Under the pieces are notes generated by a model. It saw nothing but the letters and a program-made list of their open reading frames with translations, had not been told where the DNA came from and made no database searches. A stretch of 62,781 nt of DNA, filler included, from Choristocarpus tenellus KU-1152 (taxonomy: Eukaryota; Protista; Phaeophyceae), in NCBI GenBank assembly GCA_964200185.2. It is 10 parts of 10 records of this genome, joined end to end, with 100 filler letters (N's around TTAATTAATTAA, not from the genome) between each part and the next. Parts side by side here need not be neighbours in the genome. Positions count along the whole stretch, not along the records: positions 24,291 to 29,250 come from CAXNAD020012370.1; positions 29,351 to 34,038 come from CAXNAD020013461.1; positions 34,139 to 39,176 come from CAXNAD020012088.1; 7 more parts are not named here. One strand, 5' to 3'. Of this stretch, positions 24,450 through 36,837 are shown piece after piece. Numbering within the stretch: the stretch's first letter is position 1; each line of letters begins with the position of its first letter. A program made the position numbers and the translations under genes.

Positions 24450-25510
24450 CTATTTCCGCACACACCTTGGCGTGACCTTTGTGATGTAGAACGGTCTCCA
24501 CTTCACGAATGTCGACAGACAGGGTATTGGTCCTGACATCCCCTCCTGTTCAAATCTCTCCCTGAAGTTGGCATAGACATCCTCATCTGTCCCAATCTGT
24601 GACCTGTTGTCACGTCGGTCGCACCATGTATACATAGTGTTATGTTAGGTTTTTGTTGGTCCAGGATGAACATGTTGTACTGATTAATCCATAAAGTGTC
24701 GAGGGTTGGATATGCGCAACACTTGTGAGGATGACAGTCACTAGTGTGGAGTCTCTGAGCGTGCTGTTGGCACAGTGCACCTGGGTGGCAAACTCTCTTG
24801 TTCGTATGCGGGTCTAAGTAGTGCACGCCCTGAGTGGAATCATGGGATGTGACCGGATCGTGGGGCATGGCGGTGCTGTTGCTCTCCCATACGGTGACGC
24901 CAAGAACACGTGTATCAGGATGCTGCACATCGAACTGTCGCAAGGAGCTGTCCCTTCCCACGTCGAATACCCTTTGTCTGCCGTTTGTCTGAGGTAACGG
25001 TGGGAGATATGGGGCGTGTGTCAGTTGCACACCGGGGATATAAGGGATCATTCGAGCATCTGTTAGAATGAAACTGTTCTTCGACATGCAGTGGACGTGT
25101 TCGCCTGAGGGCGAAGTTGTGTGTGTCATACCGTCGATGGTTGATGAGAATGAACTTCCATACCTCTGGGCGGTGTCTTGAGGAGAGCAGTGAGGGGCGT
25201 GAGGGTATCGGATAAGGGAGACGATCCTCCAGCGTCATTGGCAGCCAATGCGGAGGGGCTCGTCTGTCGCCACATGTCTTGCATGAATTCCATGCGTTTC
25301 TTGGTGGATGACCTTAGCGTGTCGACATTGATGTCACATTTTCTTGCTGTGACGGACAGAAGGGGTTGAAACGTCGATGTCACCCCGTCATCACCTATTT
25401 CAACATCAGGAGTGATGCCGACGAGGATGGATTTGTATACCTGGCGGGTGTGCTCGGTGCTAAGATCTTTCCTTACACATTCTAGGTATGTCTTGACCTG
25501 GAGATCAGGC
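24450..25510 (-). pseudogene. Frameshifted DNA-transposon ORF, Sola2-like N-terminal region
   Basis: Intronless overlapping ORF pieces in shifting frames. Motifs VWESNSTAMPHD and CLSTFVKWRPFYITKV resemble the 'S.F..LRP..V' region of Sola2-type transposases (recognised from memory). Confidence 0.4.
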
Positions 25511-26385
25511 TAGCACAACTCACAGCACACTCACCAATGGTGCAAATCTGCTTTTCTCATCCAACAACCAAGTGGCAAGGAAGGCCGTTCCAAGTGCGGC
25601 CGCTTCCTTCCATCTCTTCTGGACCAATCATGGTTGACAAACATGGAGAGGAAGAGGTCCATGATCTGGTCACTTTGGAATTTCTTCCACAAACGAGCGG
25701 AACTGGTCTTGGGCAGTCTCTTTAGTCCCATTTTCCTGAGTGGGATTCAAACAAGGTTATGATATGAGTTGGTGGGGTTTGTTTCCCTTTGACATTAGTG
25801 ATCGATGTTCATGATGCGAACATAGATAATACTGCCACTTTGTTCGGGCGAAGGGGCTTACACAATGTTTGGTCATGAAGTGCTCCACGGAGTACGGCCG
25901 TGTTGGATGACACCTCACATTGAAAGCATGGAGAAGGGTGTGTTTGATACATCAAGAACCGAAACCGCCCCGATGAGAATATCCTGAAATGGTGTGTATC
26001 GCGTATGCGGTCACGCGTGAGCCACATCAAAAAAGTTATATGAATTCATACCATGAAGCATGTAGTAGGACGAAGTGAATTGAGATAGTTTGTCGAACGG
26101 TAGAGTATGTGTTTTGATCTGATTTTTTGGGAAACAGTTGACAAATGCGTGGTGGGTGTCGCCTCAGATAAATTGGCGTATGTATGTACTACAATTGATG
26201 TGTTCTGTCAAACAGTATACTATTGTTTGGGATGGGTTTTGTGGTGGAAGGGATACTGAACGTTTCATGTGGTGCCGGTCAACACATATCCCCAGACACA
26301 CATACCATTGTATGTGCCTCTTTCTCTACAGGGGATTATATGAGATTGCGACTGAGTTTTGTGGAAAGTCGAGGATGATGGATTG

Positions 26386-26751
26386 GAGGCGTGTGGCTTC
26401 AAAGAGGTTGGTATGTGGACAGTCGCAACTTTTGCCATAGTTTGTCGTACGGTAAAGTATGGCAAAAATGACATAAGGCGTGTGGCTTGAAAAAAGCTGG
26501 TATATGGACCGCCGCAACTTGCGCCACACTTTTTCGTAGGACACAAAGTACGGCAAAAATGACATGGTGTGTGTGGCTTCAAATAAGTTGGTATGTGGAC
26601 AGTCGCAAATTTTGCCATAATTTGTCGTACAGTAAAGCATGGCAAAAAAACATGAGGCGAGTGGCTTGGAAATGAGTTCGTATGTGGACCGCCGCAACTT
26701 TTGCCGTACTTTGTCGTACGGTAAAGTATGGCAAAAATGACATGAGGCGAG
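26386..26751. repeat. Four ~90-bp tandem units (alternating A/B), each containing a hairpin
   Basis: GTGGCTT...GTATGTGGAC(AGT/CGC)CGCAA...TTTGCC.TA.TTTGTCGTAC.GTAAAGTATGGCAAAA repeated four times. Confidence 0.9.
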
Positions 26752-28030
26752 CAGATGAAGGAAGAGCGAAATATGACTCGGCATAATTTCATTGTGTAAG
26801 GGTGAGGAACGGTGTGAGGGTTGGGGCACAGGGTTAGGGTTGGGACAGGTGCTAGGGTTGGGATCGGAAACAGAAACTGGAAGGAACATCGTTTAGTTGC
26901 AATACATATCGGAACGCGGATATCAGATGACGCGAACTTCATCGTTAGGTTTCGTTGTGTTCTTGATGGGAGGACGTGTGCGTCACCAGTTCGGAACTAC
27001 AGTGGAGCTGGTGAACGCCACGTCTCTCTGATTTCGATGCAAATGTGTGATTTCGGAAGGAAGGATATGGTGACCATATGCTTCACTATGCCTAGTCTTC
27101 AAGCGCTAATCCCTCTTTCAGGTAATTACAGAACGCACAGGCTACATTGGAGTGTGTCTAGCTGCGACAGAGGCCTGGCCTTGCCTTCGGGATGTCCTGG
27201 GGTCTACCCCTCCGGAGTCCACGAGTTCATTCCCCTAGTGGCTAGCTCCCCTAGTGGCTGACGGTACATCTGCGGTGCGATGGGTGTGGTCCTCTTTATT
27301 GTCCAGACCCGTTGGTTTGTTGCCAAGATAGTGAGGGAGTGTGGGGTTTGTCGCATTTACGGTTTGGCGAAAGTTTTTCTGTTATGCACTATAAATATAA
27401 TTCTACAAAACTGCAAAGTTATGAATAAATATACAAACTCCAAGTTTTTACCCTCTCACACTAATGAAATAGCGGATGGGGAGTTTCATATATATATATA
27501 TAATTTTATGTCTGTATTTGTTCTGGTTCAACGCCGTCGTAGACATACATAGAAATTTCAAGACATCTGTGGAGATAGCAAAATTCTCCTTATTATTAAT
27601 CTCCTTTTTGATTCCGGAGGAAAAGGAACACGCCAACTAGCCTGTTCATAACCACAATATATATACTACTATTTAATGGGGGTACAACATTAGGTAAAGG
27701 CGGTTGTTCTTTTATTGATTATTGTGCAGTTGTTATACAACCGAAAAAAGAATAGCTTGAAAGGACCATACTTTCTTGGTCAAGAGAGAATAGTAGGTGT
27801 GTATCCCTTCCATGAGAATCAGGTTCGTCTGTGGCTATCCCTGTGCGCTGTACAAACGCTAAACACCAGGCGTTTCGGAAGGTAAAAAGACGACAGGACT
27901 TCCTCTTCGTGCAAGATCAGGTGCGTATGACTCGAGGATGATGTGAACCGACCGCGACATGTCATCCTCTCTGAGCCTGACTCGATGCGGAAAAAAAAAT
28001 TCTCTCTCTCCTTCTGTTTGTTTCTCCTGT

Positions 28031-28275
28031 GAGTGAAAGAATCTTAGAGGGTACGAGTTTTGTTCTGTTTGTCCATTTGAGGCCTGGCTTCCCTCGGGGG
28101 TTTTATGACATTTTACCTACTCCAAAATATTTCGGAGTAGGTAAAATGTGTACGTTATGAAAAGGTGTGTTTGGAATAAGGATATTGACACGACAGCCAA
28201 AATTACATTGAAATCGCAACACTGGATTATGGCCCCCAAATGGACGCGGATGTACTCTCTAAGATACTTTGGCTC
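28031..28275 (-). mobile_element. MITE family A copy with a perfect 4-bp TSD
   Basis: CTGT|GAGTGAAAGAATCTTAGAGGGTAC...GTACTCTCTAAGATACTTTGGCTC|CTGT. Confidence 0.9.
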
Positions 28276-28699
28276 CTGTCCCATTTCCAACGTGCCCACC
28301 CGATGCAGACATCTCACGATCAACTGAGAGACTTAGTTCAAACACCGAATTCCGCCATGCCTCCGAAGGGAACCAGAAGGTGAGTCCCCATACAAGAAAT
28401 GTTCGCCCTTCGTGCAGCCTACACTTGAGCGTTTCTGAATGACCAATATCGCAAACACACCATTATGATTTAGCGCCTTTGGCGGATGTTGCGGCTTTCG
28501 TCCGTTCACGTAGCATGTATTAGCGTGTGGCTGACATGATGGTGTACCCAGGCGGTGCATGACCCCCAAGTCACGACCCCTAACCCAAACATTGTCGCGC
28601 GGTGTGCCGTACCGAACGCGCCCATCCGGGGTCGACCCTTCATCGTCTAACGGCCGTTCGCGATGTGTAACATATCCCGACAATTCCTATGTACGTATT

Positions 28700-28957
28700 G
28701 AGCCAAAGTATCTTAGAGGGTAGAGCCGCGTCCATTTGGGGGCCAAAATCCAACGTTGCGATTTTGATGTAATTTTGGCTGGTGTATTTGTTGGGAAGTG
28801 TTAATATCCATGTTGCGGACACACCTTTTGTAACATAAACACTTAACCTACTCCTAAACATTTTGGAGTAGGAAAATGTCATAAAATAACCCATTGAAAG
28901 CCATACCCCGAATGGACAGACAGGGCAAAACTCGTACCCTCTAAGATACTTTCACTC
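28700..28957 (+). mobile_element. MITE family A copy
   Basis: GAGCCAAAGTATCTTAGAGGGTA...TACCCTCTAAGATACTTTCACTC. Confidence 0.9.
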
Positions 28958-28964
28958 ACTCTGT

Positions 28965-29250
28965 CATCAACGTCTTCGAATTCGATGCGCTGTATTTATT
29001 ACCTTTAAAACCGTATACACATCACCTGTCAATGGTGGTGCCGACAACGTCTTCAAATTCGATGTCCTGTGTAGATATTACCTTTACAAACGGGTACACA
29101 CCACCCGTCACTGGTGGTGTCACCAACATTTTCATATTCGATGCCCTCTATTTACTAAATTTACAACCGTGTAAACACCAGTTGTCAATGGTGACGTCAC
29201 CAACATTTTCAGATTCGATGCCCTCTATTTACTAAATTTACAACCGTGTA
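28965..29250. repeat. Minisatellite with a ~77-bp unit, about 3.7 copies, truncated by the contig end
   Basis: CAAC.T.TTC..ATTCGATG...TTTA.AA.CG..TA.AC.CA...GTCA.TGGTG repeated; period 77 between the last two copies. Confidence 0.88.
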
Positions 29251-29350
29251 NNNNNNNNNNNNNNNNNNNNNNNNNNNNNNNNNNNNNNNNNNNNTTAATT
29301 AATTAANNNNNNNNNNNNNNNNNNNNNNNNNNNNNNNNNNNNNNNNNNNN
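29251..29350. other. Artificial contig linker
   Basis: N44-TTAATTAATTAA-N44. Confidence 0.98.
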
Positions 29351-30540
29351 CTCCCTGGTGACTCTAGCTTAAAACGCATGACTCGTCGAGATAGTGCTAC
29401 TTGCGTAGTCACCGAAACAATTTCCTTAGGGCTAATAATGACATGTATAGTTTTCATTGGTTTTCCCCTCGACGCATCTGCAATGTGTCGGAGGGTATAA
29501 TGATATATATTAAATATTGTGCATTTGTACATATAGAGGATGAAGTACAGGTTTTGATATACGTAGTGATTGATTGATTCGTTGAGAATCTTACTATCCG
29601 ATTTTCGATAATGTTTTGTATTTTTTTGAAGCACTCGAACATATTCAAAATATATTTATAAGTGAAGAAACAACCCCGATTTTTGGAATATCTTCTGGAA
29701 AGTTTCGAGGTAGGCAGGAAAATAATTATGGTTAAGATTCGTAGAGAAATCACCTCTTCAAGTGACGGAAGAAGATCCAAAATACGAATCGTTTTAGCCC
29801 CAATTCCGAGAAAATACTTCACCTCTACAAAATACATTTAAGGCATTCAAACCCCTAAAAAATCTGACAACTCATCCCCAACAATAATATCCCTATTCTT
29901 TTTTGGGGGGTTCCCCGCGTCTACGGTTATTATGTTTAAGTGAACCTTTTCATCATTTGGTTTAGTTTTATGCCATCCCGAGACCTTTTGTTGGGGAGTG
30001 GAGGTCTCCCGATATGGTTTGGGTCCTGAAACCAAAACGCGACAGATTTCCTTGTCTACTTGTGTACTGTATAAACAACTAATACCACGGTTTTCCCTTT
30101 TACACATCTCTATAATGTCACAGTGCATAATAATAAAAATAGTACTATTTTCATATTTTGATACGACCTTGAGGAATCGGATGTCTATCAGGACATCTAA
30201 ACGTTCGTTCTTTCACCTGTTCTACACATGGTTAAAACATAAAAAGTTTGAGATAAGTGTCAAGTGTTGCCCCAACATGAACGTTAGGTCATACCCCTAT
30301 AATATTGTCAAGTGTAGCATAATTTGCAATTTCAACTCTCTCTAATTAACACAAACTTGACAAAAAATGAAATTTTAGGAAAAACGATTAGAATGGGCGA
30401 TAATGATCTTGATTGAAATTTCCCTCCGCAATATTTACAAAATGTTAGAAGTTATCATCTAATGATATATTATTGGAACAAAGAAAAAACCTCTCCGTCT
30501 TTCGGAATGTTTTTGACGAAAATCAATTGGTATCTTGAAA
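29351..30540 (-). pseudogene. Decayed AT-rich intronless coding relic with OTU-like cysteine protease motifs (mobile or viral origin suspected)
   Basis: Across frameshifts and stops the order is KNIPKDGE(C)FF ... LRREI ... VEIANYATLDNIIGV ... IFIIMHCD, matching OTU Cys-loop, EI helix and His-loop order. A related segment lies at about 38700-39176. Confidence 0.38.
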
Positions 30541-31478
30541 TATATGAAGGACGATCCTTGTTTTTGGAACCTCCATTTTTGTTAGGTTTTTGATGGACAT
30601 CATAACGTCAATCGTACATAGTTCTCATATCGTGTATGTTCTTGTGTTGGTGACAACTTCATGCTAGGATAGGAATCTTCGTCCAACCTGGACTGAAGCG
30701 GTGAAGAACTTACTCTGGGCGTGGGAAGAGTGGTTTGGAGGACGAGTCTAGTACTGAGAGAGAGGCTATTCTCTAACTTGCCGTGGCTGCCATGAGGGAC
30801 CGTCCTTCGTCACCGGCATTGGTCCGGATTCTGAATGTCGTGTTTATGGCAGGGATGCTGGTGGTCTGTGGTGAGGAAGGAAGGATTGGAAGTTAGTGTG
30901 TGTTTTTCTCACTTACGATTGGTCTTGATTGTATCTTCTCTCTTCGTCCAAATTTTCCTCTGGCGACGTGAGAGGACACGAAGGTGTTGGATACAGAATG
31001 CGCTAAGTTGTCGAATTTTTTTACAGAAGATGGTGTGTGTCCTCAGTTATAATTCGCTAGCTGGGAAGTTCAACGCTGAGTATCTACCACGATGATTCGT
31101 ATGCTGTGGAATGAGTCAAAGACTAAATCTGGGGCTTCTGTTGGTTTTCTTCCTAAGTTCTCGGATTCCGTAGTTAGAGAACGTTGGTATTCCGTATCAC
31201 ATAGGTTGAGTAGATCACATTTCTCAAATCAATGTTGTCCTTGTAACCTCTCCACTAACATCGCCAAGGAGGTCGGGTTATGCATTTTTCTGAATGATTT
31301 ACGACTGTCACCGTCACTCTTACCCCCTTCCGAATTGGTTGCTTTTCGTATGTTCTCATTTGTTTTCAGTCTCGCGTCCCTAACCTCTTCTACGGCTTGT
31401 ACCACGTCAATCTTTTACCACCCCTTTCTTCCCACTTTTCCGCAATACTTCACGGACATGCTCTCGTTACCATTACAG

Positions 31479-32727
31479 CTTCGCAGGGTACTCCATCCCC
31501 TGTTTCTGACTCTACGCCGGCGCCAGTAGATCCAACTCCTTCCCCTGCAGAGGCTACCCCTGCTCCAGTGGATGACACGCCGTCCCCAGTCAGATCCACA
31601 CCAGCACCAGTAACCGTGGAGAGCACTGCAGTCCCTGTCGAATCCACACCTGCACCAGTGGCCTCTACCACACCTGCACCAGTGACCTTTACCACACCTG
31701 CACCAGTGACCTCTACCACACCTCCACCAGTGGCCTCTACCACAACCACCCCAGGGCCAGTAGCTGACCTACCAACCCCAGCCCCAGCGGGGACTGTACC
31801 GACACCTGTACCTGTGATAGAAACGATACCCACCCTACCACCTGTATCTGAACCCACGCCGACCCCTGTCGAGGCTATCGCTCCGCCTTTCGGTGAGAAG
31901 GGTGGCATGCTGGATAATAGGTGCTTACACATGTCAATTCTGGGTCTGGGAGGGTAGTGCCAGGGGGGTGGAAATGGAGTAAGTCAAGAGGGATTTTTTC
32001 CTCCTATTCTTGTGGGGACGATACGATGCCCTTCATTTAGGTTAAACTTTTCCCTTTTTTCTTTTGCACCTTGGTGTATCATGTACTAATCAATGTAGTA
32101 CTTCCATGTTACAGTGTATTTATATCCCGCATGTGTTGAAGGACCGACCTTATTTGCATCTCCTGTGTTCACAATATAGTTGCCTGTAAATGATTAGTAT
32201 ACCTGATCAAATAACTCAGTTCATAGCACTCTCATACATATGTATCTATCTTTGGTTGATTCTGATCACATCTGCTTTACGTTGTGCAAATATTGTCCAT
32301 GATATTTATAAATCAACTGCTTCTGACGCAGTTTTCGTCTTTGTTTCATGCCAACACATACATCAGGTATGTCGTCTCATCCTCTCCTTGCGCGCTCTGA
32401 AACTCAGCCTACTAACAAGGTTGAATCAATCCCACGTGTGTGTGTATTGTATCGCCCTGCCCCTCTATAGAAGTACTCCCCCTTGCCCATGCCCTCGCCC
32501 TACCCCTCCTATATCCATAACCCCTGCACCCTGAAAACAATCCTCCTTTCTGTTTACTGTCGTGAAAAGCACCTTCGACATGCACAAATGGTATCACTGG
32601 ATACCAAGATGGTGACATCTGTTGCAAGGAGGAATGTGGTCTCTGTGGGGGTGTTGGGTGTGGGACTATACCAGGCACAAATGGAGCTTCAGACTGTTGC
32701 CCAAGCACTATTCGTCTGAATGGAAAC
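31479..32727 (+). CDS. Pro/Thr-rich (TPAPV repeat) mucin-like protein with a Cys-rich module, partial. Exons 31479-31892 and 32570-32727
   Basis: Phase-1 splice gives ...EAIAPPFA-PSTCTNGITGYQDGDICCKEECGLCGGVGCGTIPGTNGASDCCPSTIRLNGN. A possible signal-peptide exon (MFSFVFSLASLTSSTA) lies near 31350. Confidence 0.78.
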
Positions 32728-34038
32728 GTGAGTAGCCACCTGGTGATCGTGTTATGTATTTGCTATGGTCTGAAACGTATTTTTTGTTAGCTCGTGCGTG
32801 TATTGTATGTATGTATGTATGTGAATGTTTGACGCGTGCGCGTGTGTGTGTTGCCTGTATGGATAGGAATTGATTATGTTGTCTTTCCCACTCGTTCATT
32901 GACAAATGCCTGTGCCGACTCTTGTGCTTCCATTCTCTCTACATCCCCTGGTTTGGCGATCCCCTCCTGTTCTCACCATGTGTAAAAGTAGCGCGTGAAA
33001 TTGGGATTGGGTTCAGATCAATGTGTTTCCCTTCTAGTGTCAAATATGTAACTTTTTTTTTGTGAACTTTTGTGCTGATTTGTCCCGCGGTGTCCCGCGG
33101 GCGAGGTGTCCGAAAGCAAAAAAGAAGAAAAAAAGGATAAACCCTTGTTGTGCCAGGAATAAAATAATTAAACAAAAAGATCGTTCAACCAGCAGCCCTT
33201 GTGGCACTCGTGACTCAGAGCCCAAGTGGACTCGAGTCTACTGTGATTCGGGGTATGCTAAGGTATACGCTAAAGTACACGTTTGGATGCTTGGCATGGC
33301 AGTGGAATTCTTCCTTTCTGAGGTGTGGTTTTAAAGTTACTCACGGGTTAGGGGGAGTGCTTCCTCTCTCTGCGTACAGTTGAGGCTTCACACTATTCCT
33401 ATGCATCAAAAAATTGTTCTGACAGAGTTTCTTTTGTGTTCTTTTTTTAAAGTCTGACAACGATGTCCAGGTATTAATTACCCTTCAAGGATTCATCGGA
33501 TCGGGGATCATATGGTGTGAAAATGGTACACCTTCAATACTTCATCCCATTTTTTCTTTTTTTTTAAGTTTGATTTTTACCGTTTCGCCGACTCTTGAAT
33601 TTGAATTTTTCTACTCTTTAGCACCCTGATGCTCTGCTGCTCTCGTAGGGGGTGAACAGCGACAGTAAATGAACTAGTTGATTCTGGGTATCGTGGTCAG
33701 AGGTTTTGTAATTTTTTTTTCGAGGAGTTTGTATGGTGAATGGGTATTAGTAGTTGCTTGTTGTTTGTAATGAGAACCCTTGTCCATTGCCATATTCTCA
33801 ATTTGGGACTTTTTTTGTTTTTCCTGTGATCGACAAGATTGCTCTGAACTGATTCTATTATTTTTTTGTTGTTTTACTGTTCCATGTGTGCTGCTGTTGT
33901 TGCCACACTGGCTCTTTCTCCTTGCACCGGTGTTTATAGTTTGGGGTGTACTACTGTTGTCAGAAGCTCAAGAAAAGTATGTGTGTGTGCGTGGGGGGGG
34001 GGGGGGGGGGGGGGTTGAGGGGGTGGGGGATGTCGTGT

Positions 34039-34138
34039 NNNNNNNNNNNNNNNNNNNNNNNNNNNNNNNNNNNNNNNNNNNNTTAATTAATTAANNNNNN
34101 NNNNNNNNNNNNNNNNNNNNNNNNNNNNNNNNNNNNNN
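34039..34138. other. Artificial contig linker
   Basis: N44-TTAATTAATTAA-N44. Confidence 0.98.
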
Positions 34139-34610
34139 AATATCTCCAAGAGGCACCTTCTCATATGAGGAGGAATGAGTAATACAGGGGGGGGGGGGCA
34201 AAGTGTAGGCGGGGCGGTATGGGGAAGATCAGGCATGTGGATGTACGAGAATGTCACAAATTCATCAAGGCAGAGGCAAGAGTGGGGAATCAATGGATTT
34301 TGAATGATGCGTGGATCAATTAACAACCACAACCAGAGACCTTCAACATTGGATACAACCAAAGATAACCCTTGAAAGGGTAGCCAGGGGGAAGTTGGGG
34401 AAGAGACAAAACCCAAACACAGTGACCAATTTTAAAAGATCATCAGAACATGTGCAAGGAGAGTGACAACTTGTCACTAGGATCTCAATCAACCACTCTG
34501 ATGACCCACCTCCTCAGCTCAAATGTCCTACCGTTAATCATTCGACTAAGCCAGCGTGGAGAAAACAAATATAACACTCCAGCACATCACCAAAAACAAA
34601 GTAAACGCAC

Positions 34611-36806
34611 CTGACCACCACATGACTGCCACCACTTGTTGGTGTTCCAGACCAACCCTGGCAGCGCAGAGTCGTACTTTACTACACGTTGGGCAGACCC
34701 ACGGCCGTGACGATGATACTTGCGTACCCTGAGTCCATTCTCCTGCACAGATATCACCAACAAACAGAAATCCCTTGTAGGGTTAGGGTTAGCAAACAAT
34801 AGAAAGGCATCAACATGGTACATACCTGCATGTAAATGAGCTACGCTAAACGCTAGTACATGCTTGACAAAAGGTTACAAAGAGCAACCCGAAAACAACA
34901 GTAAAACCATCCAAATGCATCAATTGGCACTTGTGAGTTCCTCAAGACTAAGAATATCTGAAGCATTACAGAGTTAGTACTCTGCTGCTTCACCTTGGTT
35001 GTCATTCGAAGGTGCAAATGAGGAACTCAACGACATCAAGTGAACCTATCTCCCACTCTCACTAGACCGGAACTCTATCAATTCAACAGGAATTTAGTTC
35101 CATTGTAAGATGAAAAGGGCGCGAAATAAACAATCTGATGAGTAACTAACGCGTCACGGTTCACATTTAAATTACATTAAAATACTCCGCCAAGCTTCAG
35201 GCAAAGTGCTGTTTTTTACCTTCAAAAATATAGAAGGGCAATTGTTTTGGCTAAACCTTTCAGGAGGTGACTTGGTGACCTCCTTCACCAAGGACAAGGG
35301 ATCTAAGTTACAAACAAGAACTGATAACCGAATATTCAGGTATGCTTCACTCTTGAAACTTACATATGCACACATATCGTACATACCACAAAACGTCTTC
35401 TCCCGTGCAACATTGTATCTTTCAAAATGTGCAACTTGAGGATACAAAGAGAGGTAGGAACCATTTCAACCACTATATGCTACGCTCGTGCTCAAATCAT
35501 ACAGAAGGGGTTGCTGTAGCAACTACCATCTCCCACACATGCAACAGTAATCTGGAGCATGGTCCAGTTCTTCAGATGACCTTTAACGTCGAGGGGTACC
35601 AATGCACAAAAAAAGTGGGAAACTGGAGGGCCTGGTCACCCAAGAGTACCAACCCCTGAGCCCCAACCCTCGATAATCCTAGTCCCTTTAATAGTAGGTA
35701 TCAACGAATCAGAGTAGATTTCCATCAATTCAGGAAAAAAAAATTGGGGGGACAGACTTCTTGTTCTAAGCAAATACTTTGATATTTATCTACGAGTGCT
35801 TGATGAAAAAAAAGCACAGAATCCCAACATTAAAAATAATCAAGACGACAATGAGCACATGTATAATCTTCAGTACAAGGTAGAAGTTCCCATAGAGCTG
35901 GTTCAAGTCAGTAAGAGACAAGTTTACAAAAAAATCACATAGAGGTGTGCATGACTGGGACAAGCACACATGAGAGCACAAAAGTCAGTACACGTAACAT
36001 GAACACACCATGACCAAGATAGCACCACTACATACACCACATAACAAACTCTGGGATCACATATCACAAAATTTCCACAGCTAGAGGAATGCAAGAGTGA
36101 ATCTAGTGTGCAAACTAAACGAGATTTCTCCTTCAAGGGAGAAAAAATATCTTTGCATACCCCTCCTCCATCGCCCATCAAAAACTTGCACAAGCTAGGA
36201 ATCAACCTAAGTCAGGAAGTAAAGTCCCTCCCCCATTGTCTTGTCTTGATAGATACGGAGAATTCTTGAGGGTACTCACACAAAAATTCCTGTCCAGATT
36301 CTCCCTCTCTATCTCATCACCACAGTGAGCCAACAGAAAACTACTAATACTGCAAGAGCTACATTACAGAAGGATGTTTTCTTCCACCTTTATCCTTTAC
36401 TTTTGTGTTGGTCTTAAGAAATCGGAATTGCTAAGGACAACTTCCTCAGTAGTGCTCCCCATGTTCTCAATCCAAAAGCAGGAATAAACTATATAAATTA
36501 CCTCCTTAATCGCACCATGCCTACTGGGTTGTTTTCTTTGAGCATTTCTACAGATGAAAGTTCAGAGCAGACGATTTTCATTCACTCTAATTGGAGGATC
36601 AACAGAGATGAATTGGAAATCAACAAAAAAGTTGTGCCACTAAAAAAAACATTCTGCAGTCTATACAAATAACTGTGCAGTGTGTCTTTCACAAAAACGG
36701 TGTATCTCATTTCCTCCACCTGTAACACTAAAAAACAAATCCAAATGCACATCTCTTTAACACAAACAAGATGGCAGCACATATATTAACATGTGTGTAT
36801 AAATAA

Positions 36807-36837
<31 letters not shown>

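Noticed and set aside
26265-26942. 225-aa and 187-aa ORFs
   Set aside because: By-products of the 90-bp tandem array and degenerate telomere-like repeats.
28031-28957. Composite transposon formed by two inverted MITE-A copies around 424 bp
   Set aside because: The left copy has its own TSD and the outer flanks do not match, so independent insertions are more likely.
28965-29250. Coding repeat (ankyrin or LRR-like)
   Set aside because: The period of 77 is not a multiple of 3 and the reading frames are interrupted by stops.
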